In this document: positions 1 to 8,594 of the stretch, one piece after another
Position numbering within the stretch: position 1 is the first letter of the stretch
Layout: the number at the start of each line of letters is the position of its first letter
Position numbers and translations under genes: made by a program
IMG/VR virus record: IMGVR_UViG_3300037483_000992
Span: 1-35,943 of that record
Length of the DNA stretch: 35,943 nt
Strand: one strand, 5' to 3'
DNA from: a virus
Taxonomy: Duplodnaviria; Caudoviricetes
The notes under the pieces: generated by a model
What the model was told of the DNA's origin: nothing
Database searches by the model: none
The model's input: the letters and a program-made list of their open reading frames with translations, nothing else

Positions 1-250
1 GTTCGGTTGCGGCTGCGATCTGTAGATGATATATCAGGAATCGAATTGATGATTTAAACCCTATGCTAAGGTTAAATTAAGTCCGGTACAAGTGGTCTCA
101 ATTACATATTATGAACAGATCCTTTTTAAAGGGGGGGTTGATATTTGAAGGGCCGTAATTGGGATAAGTCACCGGCAAAAAAGTTTACAGGTGGTTTACG
201 ATGTCCGGAAATGTGTCGTTTTTCAAAGGAAGTTTGATAACAGTGTTTTC

Positions 251-315
251 GCGCAAAAAAAAAGTGAAAAAAAAATTTTGGCGGGCGAAAAAAAAGTGAA
301 AAAATTTTTTCGACC
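251..315 (+). repeat. Two imperfect direct repeats GCG(C)A8-9GTGA6-9TTTT, candidate transposase-binding sites of the left end
   Basis: Copies at about 251-283 and 285-315, immediately outside the leftmost phage gene; TG dinucleotides at 202, 212 and 244 are possible termini. Confidence 0.5.
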
Positions 316-344
316 AAGTCAAATTTAAATTTCCTGGTGCCAGG

Positions 345-842
345 TCATTGAGTATATATAAGGTGTGGTTTGAGTTCTGCTGATTTGATGTAGTGTGCCA
401 ATATATGAGCATTCCGTTTTATACTCATATCACCATTAGGTAAATTAGAAAAACACTGAACGTTAATTTTAAACCCTACCTGGACATCTTCCCCTAAAAC
501 TTTATAGCTATAAATTATGCCTGCCTGGGATGATGGTCCAAAATATTTGTTATGAATCTCCGGCTCATTTATTAGTAGAGGATTTGCAGAATCAATTATA
601 TACTTGTTCGCCATTCGGATTTCGGTTGTGCTGTAACGAGAAATCCATATATTCGCCCTGCTCCACGCTTCACTAATTTTGTCTTTTTCGATATCAATCA
701 TCAGCGGGCAGGCCATTGCGCGTGCCAGGTATTCCTGGTCTTCGGGTGTTTGGGGGGTCCTCGCCTGCATCGAAGGGATGGTTGTTGCGCAGGCAGTAAG
801 CAGTACCGTTAATATTGTCAGTATCGGTGATAGTTTTTTCAT
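345..842 (-). CDS. Lipoprotein, 165 aa (accessory; possible superinfection exclusion)
   Basis: MKKLSPILTILTVLLTA-C lipobox; GGAGG RBS; start reassigned from 911 to 842. Confidence 0.8.
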   Translation of the reverse strand: MKKLSPILTILTVLLTACATTIPSMQARTPQTPEDQEYLARAMACPLMIDIEKDKISEAWSRANIWISRYSTTEIRMANKYIIDSANPLLINEPEIHNKYFGPSSQAGIIYSYKVLGEDVQVGFKINVQCFSNLPNGDMSIKRNAHILAHYIKSAELKPHLIYTQ

Positions 843-943
843 GGTTTTTCCTCCCAATCGTAACGTTTGCATTTTGGGCATGCCCTGGGCTTCTCTGTCC
901 TGGATAGCCATTCGTGCCCGCAGTGTTTACACTTACATTTCAT
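839..943 (-). CDS. 34-aa zinc-ribbon microprotein (not in ORF track)
   Basis: Hand translation MKCKCKHCGHEWLSRTEKPRACPKCKRYDWEEKP; two CxxC; ATGA overlaps on both sides; AAGGTGG RBS. Confidence 0.75.
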   Translation of the reverse strand: MKCKCKHCGHEWLSRTEKPRACPKCKRYDWEEKP

Positions 944-1086
944 AGTTCCACCTTTTGGGCCGTGTTTTTAGGCTTTTTGCTTTTTACCGCGGCATATATT
1001 ATATGCAGCGGAACTGTGAGAAACAAAAATACAAACCCAAACGCTATTGCCATAAGATGTAAAACAATAAAAATAAAGTGTCCCAT
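940..1086 (-). CDS. 48-aa membrane microprotein (not in ORF track)
   Basis: Hand translation MGHFIFIVLHLMAIAFGFVFLFLTVPLHIIYAAVKSKKPKNTAQKVEL; AAAGGAG RBS; ATGA overlap with next gene. Confidence 0.75.
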   Translation of the reverse strand: MGHFIFIVLHLMAIAFGFVFLFLTVPLHIIYAAVKSKKPKNTAQKVEL

Positions 1087-1318
1087 CTAAATCTCCTTTC
1101 CCGAATTTCATCCGGATATATTTAATATGATCATCATACAAAAAACATGCCAATTGTACTTATGATAGATTTCGATGGGTTATGTTTCTAATCTGCTTAG
1201 AATTATGGAATAAATTACATAATTTTGTGGGTTTTTTTACATAATCGAGTTGCAAAATCGGCTTAAAAATTGCTTGAAAACGGGTGTTTTTAAACCGATT
1301 CCAGGAAAATTTTCAGGA

Positions 1319-1876
1319 TCAGGCAGAGGGCGTCGGCTCCCTCATCGAAACAATTTCCTGTTTTTTTTCCGGGTCATCTTCTGACCGTATCCGATCGGCC
1401 TGAGCCTGGGTTTGTTCGATTCGGGCCATGCGGGCTTCCAAGGTTTGCAGGCGTTTTTCGGTTTCGATTGCCAGAGAAAAATAGCGGATATTGCGTTCCA
1501 GGGCATCGAAAGCGACGTTGTTGCCGCTTTTTAAAACTTTACGTGCCTCCTTCAGCAACTCGGCAATCACCGGATCATCATCGAACGGCATCCCTTCCTT
1601 ATATATAAAGGTAGAATCTTCCGGATCGTTCTTATCCTCAACAAATTTTGGCTCCTTTCCGGTCAAAATATATTCTAAATCCACTTTTGCGTTACCTGCC
1701 CATTTAATAATAGCAAATAAATCGATAGTGTTTCTTTTAATCTTATTGGAGAGATTTTTGTCGGTAATTCCAAATATATAATTGGCAACTTGAAACTGTT
1801 TCAATCCAGTTTTATCCATAATTCTGTCAATAATACTTCTTGAATCTACGTTTTGGTGTATTTTTTTTCTTGACAT
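1319..1876 (-). CDS. Phage repressor (CI-like N-terminal HTH)
   Basis: IIDRI..TGLKQFQVA..FGIT..NLSNKIKRNTI...VDLEYILTG HTH pattern; divergent from the early operon; start 1876 (ATG) or 1882. Confidence 0.8.
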   Translation of the reverse strand: MSRKKIHQNVDSRSIIDRIMDKTGLKQFQVANYIFGITDKNLSNKIKRNTIDLFAIIKWAGNAKVDLEYILTGKEPKFVEDKNDPEDSTFIYKEGMPFDDDPVIAELLKEARKVLKSGNNVAFDALERNIRYFSLAIETEKRLQTLEARMARIEQTQAQADRIRSEDDPEKKQEIVSMREPTPSA

Positions 1877-1918
1877 GGTCACTTATTAGTGGATATAAGT
1901 CTTAGCTATCAAGGCTAA
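1870..1918 (+). promoter_or_regulatory. Early promoter and candidate operators overlapping the repressor start
   Basis: TTGACA 1870-1875, 18 nt spacer, TATAAG 1894-1899; inverted repeats CACT-N4-AGTG (1880-1891) and TTAGC-N7-GCTAA (1902-1918). Confidence 0.5.
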
Positions 1919-1940
1919 TAAAAATAGACAAAGGTTAATT

Positions 1941-2657
1941 ATGAACATCACACCATTTACATACCAGGGCATCGCGCTCCAGGAATCGTGCTGGATCGAC
2001 GGGGTTCCATTTTTTACCCGCCGGGCCATCGGTGAATTTCTTGAATATAAACATCCCAACCAGGCGATAGAGTTTATTATCAAACGCAATTCTCATATCG
2101 ACGATCCACGGTGGTCAACAGTAATCAAACTGAATACTGTTGAAGGTGATCGTGAGGTCACCAGATCGGTCAAAACTTACAATCCCATCGGCCTTCAGCT
2201 CATTATTTTTGAATCCCGTCAAAAAAAAGCCATCCAGTACAAAATCGCGGTAGCAAATCTGGTCTGGGCGCTCATGAACGGTCAGCTCAAGCCGTCGAAA
2301 TGGTCTCAAAATGACGACCTGGTGTCGGCGGCCCGTCAGATTTTGTCCCTTCCCCAGGGCGAAAAACGCGCGGCACTGGTCAGGGACCTGGCCGAGCGCG
2401 ACGGTGTGAGCCTGCAAACCGCATATCTGCGGGTCCAAAGGGCCACCGGGAAGCGGCTCAAGACCACCAAGGGCCGGCCGATCTGCCGCAAAGACAAGGG
2501 CAGCACCCGGTACCCGGACGAAAAAGAAAAAGTAATCAATTATTTTCACGCGCATCCCGGCGCCACCGGAAAAACCATACACAAAATCCTCGGGATCACC
2601 GCATCCTATAGCCGGCTCGTCACCTGGATACGCGAAACCAAAAGGGACAAACACTAA
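1941..2657 (+). CDS. BRO-N domain protein (antirepressor-like) with C-terminal HTH
   Basis: N-terminus ..IDGVPFFT..AIGEFLEY.HP..AI...GL..IIFESRQKKA typical of Bro-N; C-terminal GVSLQTAY...RKDKG. Confidence 0.75.
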   Translation: MNITPFTYQGIALQESCWIDGVPFFTRRAIGEFLEYKHPNQAIEFIIKRNSHIDDPRWSTVIKLNTVEGDREVTRSVKTYNPIGLQLIIFESRQKKAIQYKIAVANLVWALMNGQLKPSKWSQNDDLVSAARQILSLPQGEKRAALVRDLAERDGVSLQTAYLRVQRATGKRLKTTKGRPICRKDKGSTRYPDEKEKVINYFHAHPGATGKTIHKILGITASYSRLVTWIRETKRDKH

Positions 2658-3202
2658 ATCGGAAAATTATAATGATTCCTAATTCTTTTATAAATCTTTT
2701 CAGGGTGTGTCAGCTTCGTCGATCTAAAGCCGCAAAGACAGCCGAATCTAATTGCCCAGGGGAAAATCGACACCATTCGACACTCAAGCAGTTTTTTACA
2801 TTCCGGGCAAAGCGGCCCGGAAATCGTCTGGAAGGGCGACGGTTTGTCGGTTGTAAAACGGCGGAATACAAGACCGCCGACGGCGATGTCTTCAGTTTCG
2901 GCTTTCCAGCCCCTGACTCCGAAAACATTGTCGGAAAATTTAAGAAATGCTTCCGAATCGTCGGATGTGATCGCATTAAACTTCTTCATGCCCTGGCTGA
3001 ATCTGGTCTTCGCATTTCGAAAAGACACTTCTGTGAATCCTATGATCCCGAAAGCGATCAGTGTGAAGGCTGCGGACTGATAGAAACCGAAAAAGAGAGA
3101 GAATATGCCGCTTAACGCAATGGAGATCATGAGCGAAACGACGCTCACATTGCCGATGACTTTCTTTGAAACCAGGTCGGCTATATTCTCCAAAACCCTC
3201 AT
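2654..3202 (-). CDS. Hypothetical membrane protein (2 TM plus CPEC..CLC), antisense to the early operon
   Basis: 182-aa ORF exactly fills the gap between the BRO gene and ner; two hydrophobic helices. Confidence 0.65.
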   Translation of the reverse strand: MRVLENIADLVSKKVIGNVSVVSLMISIALSGIFSLFFGFYQSAAFTLIAFGIIGFTEVSFRNAKTRFSQGMKKFNAITSDDSEAFLKFSDNVFGVRGWKAETEDIAVGGLVFRRFTTDKPSPFQTISGPLCPECKKLLECRMVSIFPWAIRFGCLCGFRSTKLTHPEKIYKRIRNHYNFPI

Positions 3203-3222
3203 ATCGCTAAAAGGAGGTCATC

Positions 3223-3489
3223 ATGACTCGGAAAATAACCAAAATCACCCCGGCGGATCGCCAGGATCTGCTTAAAAAAAGGGGTGTCACCCAAAAGCAG
3301 ATCGCCATCGAGATCGGTGTGGCCGAGATGTCCATTTCCAGAGAAATCCATTTCGGCGTTTTCTCGAACCGTATTCGATGCGCCATCGCCAAAAAAATCG
3401 GTCTGCCCGTAGAACAGGCATTCCCCGAGTATTACAGCAAACACAGGTCCAGGAGGCGGAAAACCACCGATTTAAATAAGGCTTATTAA
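3223..3489 (+). CDS. ner: Ner-like transcriptional regulator
   Basis: LKKRGVTQKQIA..IGV....IS.....SNRI..AIAKKIG.PVEQ.FPEYY pattern; AAGGAGG RBS; position. Confidence 0.8.
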   Translation: MTRKITKITPADRQDLLKKRGVTQKQIAIEIGVAEMSISREIHFGVFSNRIRCAIAKKIGLPVEQAFPEYYSKHRSRRRKTTDLNKAY

Positions 3490-3513
3490 TAGCGCTGTAT
3501 CTGGAAATTGTCA

Positions 3514-3987
3514 ATGCCTAATAGCCGGAAAAAAATAGACAACAAACACCATCAAAAGAGCCTGCTGGATTACATCCGGGATTTGAAGCAGCTCAATAAA
3601 ATGCCAACGGAAGGCACGTTGAACATCCGGGAGCCGCTGCGAATGTCGCTACTCCAGGATATCAAAGAGTCTGCGCTGTCCCGGCCACAGATCGCAGGGG
3701 AGATGAGTCATCTTTTGGGAGTGACCGTCACCAAGGCGCAGATCGACTCCTGGACGGCGGAGAGCAAACCGCAAAACCGGATCCCGGCCGAATATTTATC
3801 AGCCTGGTGTGTGGCGACAAAATCGCGCCGGTCGCTCGTTGTGATTAACGCCGCGGCCGGCGCGTTTGTTTTGCCGGGCCCGGATGCGCTGCGGAGCGAG
3901 ATCCAGCAGTGGTCTGAAAAAGAGAAATTTGCTCGGGCGGAGAAGAAAAAGCGGGAACTCTTTTTGAAAGAGATGGGGGAGGGGTAA
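3514..3987 (+). CDS. Phage early regulatory protein (HTH-like)
   Basis: SRPQIAGEMS.LLG..VTK.QIDSWTAES motif of the kind found after ner in transposable phages. Confidence 0.65.
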   Translation: MPNSRKKIDNKHHQKSLLDYIRDLKQLNKMPTEGTLNIREPLRMSLLQDIKESALSRPQIAGEMSHLLGVTVTKAQIDSWTAESKPQNRIPAEYLSAWCVATKSRRSLVVINAAAGAFVLPGPDALRSEIQQWSEKEKFARAEKKKRELFLKEMGEG

Positions 3988-4338
3988 ATGGAAAACCGGT
4001 ATCTCAATAAAAAACTGAGGCGGGCTATCGATGAACGTTATCCGATGTTTTGGGAGTTCGGGGAATTCCGGAAATGGTATACCGGACTGATTTTGCGGGC
4101 ATATACCGGATTTGCGGAAACCGGGCGTCAATACACCCATATGGTTTTTGCGACGACGAGTATCGACGGCGCCAGGGAAATCCGGGAAATATTGGCCGAA
4201 AAGGGGATCGAAACCACCGGCTGGGAAAATGCGCTGCAAAATTACGAGGATTATATCAACAGGTGGCCCGGTCAGCGTGTTTTCGACCGTTTGACGCCGC
4301 CTGGCTGCCGGACTTTGGGCGTCCTGGATGATGATTAA
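3988..4338 (+). CDS. Hypothetical protein
   Basis: Abuts upstream stop; GGAGG RBS. Confidence 0.65.
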   Translation: MENRYLNKKLRRAIDERYPMFWEFGEFRKWYTGLILRAYTGFAETGRQYTHMVFATTSIDGAREIREILAEKGIETTGWENALQNYEDYINRWPGQRVFDRLTPPGCRTLGVLDDD

Positions 4339-4363
4339 CAAAATTTAGCACGGGAGGTCGGCG

Positions 4364-4552
4364 ATGGATGAGATGACGTACAAATGCAGCAAGTGCGGGC
4401 TGGTACGGACGGTGCCGCTTACGGAAAAGGACAACCTGGTGTCGGCGTGCCTTAAGATCGAGAGGGACCATGCGTTTAACTCATTCGGCTGCTCCATCGA
4501 ACAAGAGGGGCAGCTTCGGATTGTAGATTGCAGATTGCCGATTGAAGAATGA
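4364..4552 (+). CDS. Small Cys-containing protein with repeat-derived C-terminus
   Basis: GGAGG RBS; CSKC; end encoded by a (GATTGYN)4 array. Confidence 0.55.
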   Translation: MDEMTYKCSKCGLVRTVPLTEKDNLVSACLKIERDHAFNSFGCSIEQEGQLRIVDCRLPIEE

Positions 4553-4636
4553 AAAAACCGATCACTTATATTTATGTCGGTCTTTATTTTGCGGCCGGGC
4601 TCCTGGCGGTTCGCCGTGCGAAGAGGAGGAAATGAT

Positions 4637-4918
4637 ATGTTTGCGAGCACTGAAAAAGCGGTATATTTCGGGCTGACGGCGACAGAAAATGACCGGCTTC
4701 GCCTGGCCTGGCTGAGGAAGGAATATCTGCGTCAGGGAGAACGGGCGCTGGCCCGGAAACAATATGATTTGTGCATGGCGCTTTTTACGCAGGCGCAGTT
4801 TTGCCGGGAAGCGCTGGATGCGGATGCTATCATCGCGACAATTAACAAAATAACGAAGCGGCGAAGCGGGGTTGAATATGGCGCGGAGACGGATATGGCG
4901 GAACAAGCCGGAAGCTGA
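4637..4918 (+). CDS. Hypothetical protein
   Basis: AGGAGG RBS 7 nt before ATG 4637. Confidence 0.65.
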   Translation: MFASTEKAVYFGLTATENDRLRLAWLRKEYLRQGERALARKQYDLCMALFTQAQFCREALDADAIIATINKITKRRSGVEYGAETDMAEQAGS

Positions 4919-4937
4919 AAAAAAACGAAGAGCAGAA

Positions 4938-5192
4938 ATGAGGAAACCTGCCCGCCATCGCGAGCCTGGGTCTCGTTCAGGCGAGGCGGGCGGGGAGAAA
5001 ATAGAAAAGAGTGACGCCTGCTTCATCCCGCCAGGGCGGGACTTCGCAGGCCAGGAGAATGTTCGGATCGTAAAACCAGCTCCCGAGATCGACGCCCGGT
5101 ACCGGGAGTTGTCGCCGATGATGCGGGATATGGTGGACGGCCTGGTGGCAAGGGGAATCGGGCTGGATCAGGCGATGAGGGGACTGGCATGA
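4938..5192 (+). CDS. Hypothetical protein with an in-frame 48-bp palindromic insertion
   Basis: ATG within a purine-rich repeat; ATGA overlap with the next gene. Confidence 0.5.
   Translation: MRKPARHREPGSRSGEAGGEKIEKSDACFIPPGRDFAGQENVRIVKPAPEIDARYRELSPMMRDMVDGLVARGIGLDQAMRGLA
4947..4994. repeat. 48-bp palindromic element CCTGCCCGCC...GGCGGGCGGG
   Basis: 10-bp terminal inverted repeat; removing it restores a 23-mer identical to one at about 11909-11931. Confidence 0.75.
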
Positions 5193-5488
5193 AAAACGGG
5201 AAATCATACCGGCGGATCAAGGCGGTGAAACCGACCATCGAGATTTTGATTTTTTTGTCCAATCAGAAAGGGCCGGTGTCCGGGCAGGATATTGCCCAGG
5301 GCGCAGGCCTGAAATACGACACGGCCATGTGCTATCTCGCGAGCCTGGAGGATTACCGGTTCGTCCGGAAAACCTGCGAATTTTACGAGCTGGGCCAGGA
5401 GGCGTCGCTGATCTGGTCGCGCCGGCAGGCGCAGCTCAAGACCATCATTCAGCGTGCAACTGACGAATTAAAAGAACTGGAGGTGTAA
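5189..5488 (+). CDS. IclR-type HTH domain protein
   Basis: IKAV..TIEIL.FLS..KGPVS..DIA...GL...TA..YL.SL....FV.....YELG. Confidence 0.8.
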   Translation: MKNGKSYRRIKAVKPTIEILIFLSNQKGPVSGQDIAQGAGLKYDTAMCYLASLEDYRFVRKTCEFYELGQEASLIWSRRQAQLKTIIQRATDELKELEV

Positions 5489-5812
5489 ATGGCAAAAATA
5501 AAAGGGAAATACAAATACGAATTAGACGACAGCCTCTTGGAAATAGGCGTCTTATGCCAGATGGCTGTCGATGTTATGAACAACCTTTGCAAAAGATTCG
5601 GCGCTGAAAAGGCAAACTGTGTTTATGATACCGCGATGTCTATTCTGTGGCATTATTCAAATCAGGATTTAAGTCTCGAAATCATCACCGAATGCGGCAT
5701 AGAACTCAGCCCTAAAGACCTTGTATTTTTAGCAAAGATCGCAGAAGCAGAGCGAAATATCCGTAATGCAAAAAAATTTATATTGGAGGCGCTTAATGAA
5801 GAAGAAAACTGA
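5489..5812 (+). CDS. Hypothetical protein (AT-rich)
   Basis: Abuts upstream stop; GGAGGT RBS. Confidence 0.65.
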   Translation: MAKIKGKYKYELDDSLLEIGVLCQMAVDVMNNLCKRFGAEKANCVYDTAMSILWHYSNQDLSLEIITECGIELSPKDLVFLAKIAEAERNIRNAKKFILEALNEEEN

Positions 5813-6848
5813 TGACGAGATCAGCGCCGAATTAAAAATATGGAAAGAGGCGGAAGCTCATTACAAGGAAGAGCTGGCAAAACTTGAAAGCGAGATCGAG
5901 GGGAAAGTTGAAGAGGCCAGGGCAATAGGTGTTTTTAAAAAAATGGCGTATGACCAGGCGCACAATGAAACATTTAAATATGCAATGTTGTATAAGGTAA
6001 AAAAAGAAAAAGCCTATAAAAATGACGGTATGACCTGGGAGGGCTTTTGCAAAACTATCGGCGAAGAACGACGTCGTGTGGATGATGTTTTGAAAGACAT
6101 GAAACCTATTTATGAACGTTTTTCGGCGGATGCCGCCGGTTTGTTAGGATTGCCATTTAATAAAATCAGGTACTTAGGAAATAGAATTCCGGCGGATTCC
6201 GCCGGTTTTGACAAAAACGCCCTCATCATCGACGGCATCAAAATCCCTCTTTCCGCCGACAACAAAGACGAGATCGAGGCGGCCATCGACGCACTAAAGG
6301 AATCCAATATACGCCAAAAAGAGGACCACGAGGCCAAACTCAAAGCCAAGGACCGCGTACTCGAGGAAAAGGAACGGGTGATTCAGCGACAGGAAAAAGA
6401 CCTGGCCAAATATAAAAAAGAGGTCAAGGCCCGAGGGTTCGAGCCGGGCGAGGAGGATTTCATCATAGAGATGGAGAGCATGAAGACTTTTATCGTGGGG
6501 CTTGAACTCAAGATGGATAGCCGGAATTTTCCCCAGGATCACACGGCGCTGATGCGGGCGGCTTATATCGAGACCCTGGGTCACGCGGCCCGTGTTTTCC
6601 GTGCCTATTATGACGAGGCCGTGGATCTGTTCGGCGATCCGGAAATGGATGATGACTGGCAGTTTCCGACAAAGACACAAGACAATGATGACCAAAAGGC
6701 ATGGAGCCGAGACGATTGTTTAGATTGCGAGCACCATGTGAGGATTGCCCATTCGAAAAAGGGCGTAAAAATACCTGGAGTATATGGAAAATGCACCAGA
6801 CCGGAAGCGCCTTGCTTTAATAAATCAACAACACCGAATCCTAACTGA
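5796..6848 (+). CDS. Coiled-coil early protein preceding the transposase (DUF3102-like position and features)
   Basis: 350 aa; GGAGG RBS; TWEGFCKTIG motif; long coiled coil; C-terminal Cys cluster. Confidence 0.7.
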   Translation: MKKKTDDEISAELKIWKEAEAHYKEELAKLESEIEGKVEEARAIGVFKKMAYDQAHNETFKYAMLYKVKKEKAYKNDGMTWEGFCKTIGEERRRVDDVLKDMKPIYERFSADAAGLLGLPFNKIRYLGNRIPADSAGFDKNALIIDGIKIPLSADNKDEIEAAIDALKESNIRQKEDHEAKLKAKDRVLEEKERVIQRQEKDLAKYKKEVKARGFEPGEEDFIIEMESMKTFIVGLELKMDSRNFPQDHTALMRAAYIETLGHAARVFRAYYDEAVDLFGDPEMDDDWQFPTKTQDNDDQKAWSRDDCLDCEHHVRIAHSKKGVKIPGVYGKCTRPEAPCFNKSTTPNPN

Positions 6849-6872
6849 AATCAATCTGGGCGGAGATCGACC

Positions 6873-8594
6873 ATGTGGATACGAGAAATGGTAACGGCAC
6901 TCAAACAGGCCAAAAACGGTGATCGCAATACGGTGATGGAAAATTATCAAAACAAAACCGGCAAATCGATACAAACCCTTTACCGGATCGCCGGACAGAA
7001 CGGGTACCGGACGAAGCGGCGCAGGCGGTGCGACAGCGGAACCTGCGCGCTGAACGAAAATCAGATTAAATTCGTGGCGTCGCTGATCAATGCGTCAAAG
7101 CGTGAAATCAAAGGGCCCATTATGGATGTGGGCACCGCACTGTCTATTGCAGAAGACAATCATATTATCGAGCCGGGGACGGTGTCGGTATCCTGGATGC
7201 AGACTCTGCTGCGGGAAAGAGAGATCCACCGGGCGGCGCTCAAAACGCCGCGGCCGTCATCCCGAATGCGCAGTCGCCACCCGAATCACGTGCATGTTAT
7301 GGATTCATCGGTGTGCATCCAGTATTATCTCAAGGGCAAAAAGGGCCTGCGGATCATGCGCGAGGATATGTTCTACAAAAACAAACTGGAAAATTACGCA
7401 AAGGTCAAAGACCGGCTCATGCGCTACATCCTGGCGGATCACTTCTCCCACACCCTCTATGTGAAGTACTACTACTCAGGCGGCGAAAGCCAGGAAAATT
7501 TGTATGATTTTCTTTTGGCGGCCTGGTCCGGGGGAAAACATGAAAAATTTCCCTTCCGCGGGGTGCCGTTTTACATGCTGTGGGACAAGGCGTCGGCAAA
7601 CGTGAGCCTTGCCATACGGGAGTTCATGCAGCGGCTTGATATCGAGAAACCGCCGTCCCTGCCCCATAATCCCCGGCGCCAGGGATCCGCCGAGGTGGCT
7701 CAGAATATCGTGGAGGGAAAATTCGAAAGCCGTCTGAAGTTTCAGCCGGCCTATTCGGTTGAAGAACTCAACGAATGGGCCCTGGACTGGTGCGTATGGT
7801 TCAATGCGACTGCCCGTCATAGACGGCACGGCATGACGCGCACCGAATGCTGGATTACGATTAAACAAATGGAATTAAGGGAGCTGCCTGAAAGGGAAAT
7901 GCTCCATTATCTGTTTGCCAACCCCGATGCCGAGCGGCTTGTCAAATCGGATTATACCATCAGCTTTGCCTATAAAAATCACGGCAGTCAGGATTATTTC
8001 ATCAAACATATTCCGGGCGTCATCCCCAACCGCTCGAAGGTCAAGGTGATATTGCGGCCGCATCACTGGCCGGAAATCGGCGTGATCTTCGATGGCAATG
8101 AATACCTGGTCAAGCCGATGGAAACCGTTGCCGGCGGGTTCGGGGCCCACAGCGCGGTGATCGGCGAAGAATACAAGGCCATGCCGGAATCCGTCACCCA
8201 GCAGGCCGTAAAACAGATGGACAATCTGGCATACGGCGAAGATCCGGTGAAAGATGCGGTGCCCTTTGCGGGCATCACGGTGTTCGGACATCAGGCCGGA
8301 AAGGTGGATACAACCTACATACCGAGGCGCGGGGCGGTGCTGAATGTATCCGGGGCCGGTGCTGTGCTGGATAAAGAGATCCCCGTCATGACGCTGTTTT
8401 CGAGGCTGCGAAAAAAAATGGGGACCGTTCCGCCGGCGCTGAACCGGGCCGTGCGGGAAACCTACGGAACGAGCATCACCATTTCCGAAGCCGACCGGCT
8501 GCTTAACCTGGCCGGGGCGGGGAATTTGACGGCAGAAAATATAGGATCAGGGATTACGGATCAGGGATTAAGGGCGGAAGGGTCTCATGGCTGA
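6873..8594 (+). CDS. DDE transposase (MuA-like, B3/BcepMu type)
   Basis: SRHPNHVHVMDSSVC (D), LWDKASAN (D), NPRRQGSAE (E); N-terminal HTH and RxDxG. Confidence 0.93.
   Translation: MWIREMVTALKQAKNGDRNTVMENYQNKTGKSIQTLYRIAGQNGYRTKRRRRCDSGTCALNENQIKFVASLINASKREIKGPIMDVGTALSIAEDNHIIEPGTVSVSWMQTLLREREIHRAALKTPRPSSRMRSRHPNHVHVMDSSVCIQYYLKGKKGLRIMREDMFYKNKLENYAKVKDRLMRYILADHFSHTLYVKYYYSGGESQENLYDFLLAAWSGGKHEKFPFRGVPFYMLWDKASANVSLAIREFMQRLDIEKPPSLPHNPRRQGSAEVAQNIVEGKFESRLKFQPAYSVEELNEWALDWCVWFNATARHRRHGMTRTECWITIKQMELRELPEREMLHYLFANPDAERLVKSDYTISFAYKNHGSQDYFIKHIPGVIPNRSKVKVILRPHHWPEIGVIFDGNEYLVKPMETVAGGFGAHSAVIGEEYKAMPESVTQQAVKQMDNLAYGEDPVKDAVPFAGITVFGHQAGKVDTTYIPRRGAVLNVSGAGAVLDKEIPVMTLFSRLRKKMGTVPPALNRAVRETYGTSITISEADRLLNLAGAGNLTAENIGSGITDQGLRAEGSHG

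Noticed and set aside
1-199. Host gene or RNA in the flank
   Set aside because: No supportable ORF, tRNA or motif
126-412. Two short minus-strand ORFs
   Set aside because: Low-complexity translations of the A-tract repeats
968-1153. 61-aa minus-strand ORF
   Set aside because: The alternative frame 940-1086 has a strong RBS and translational coupling
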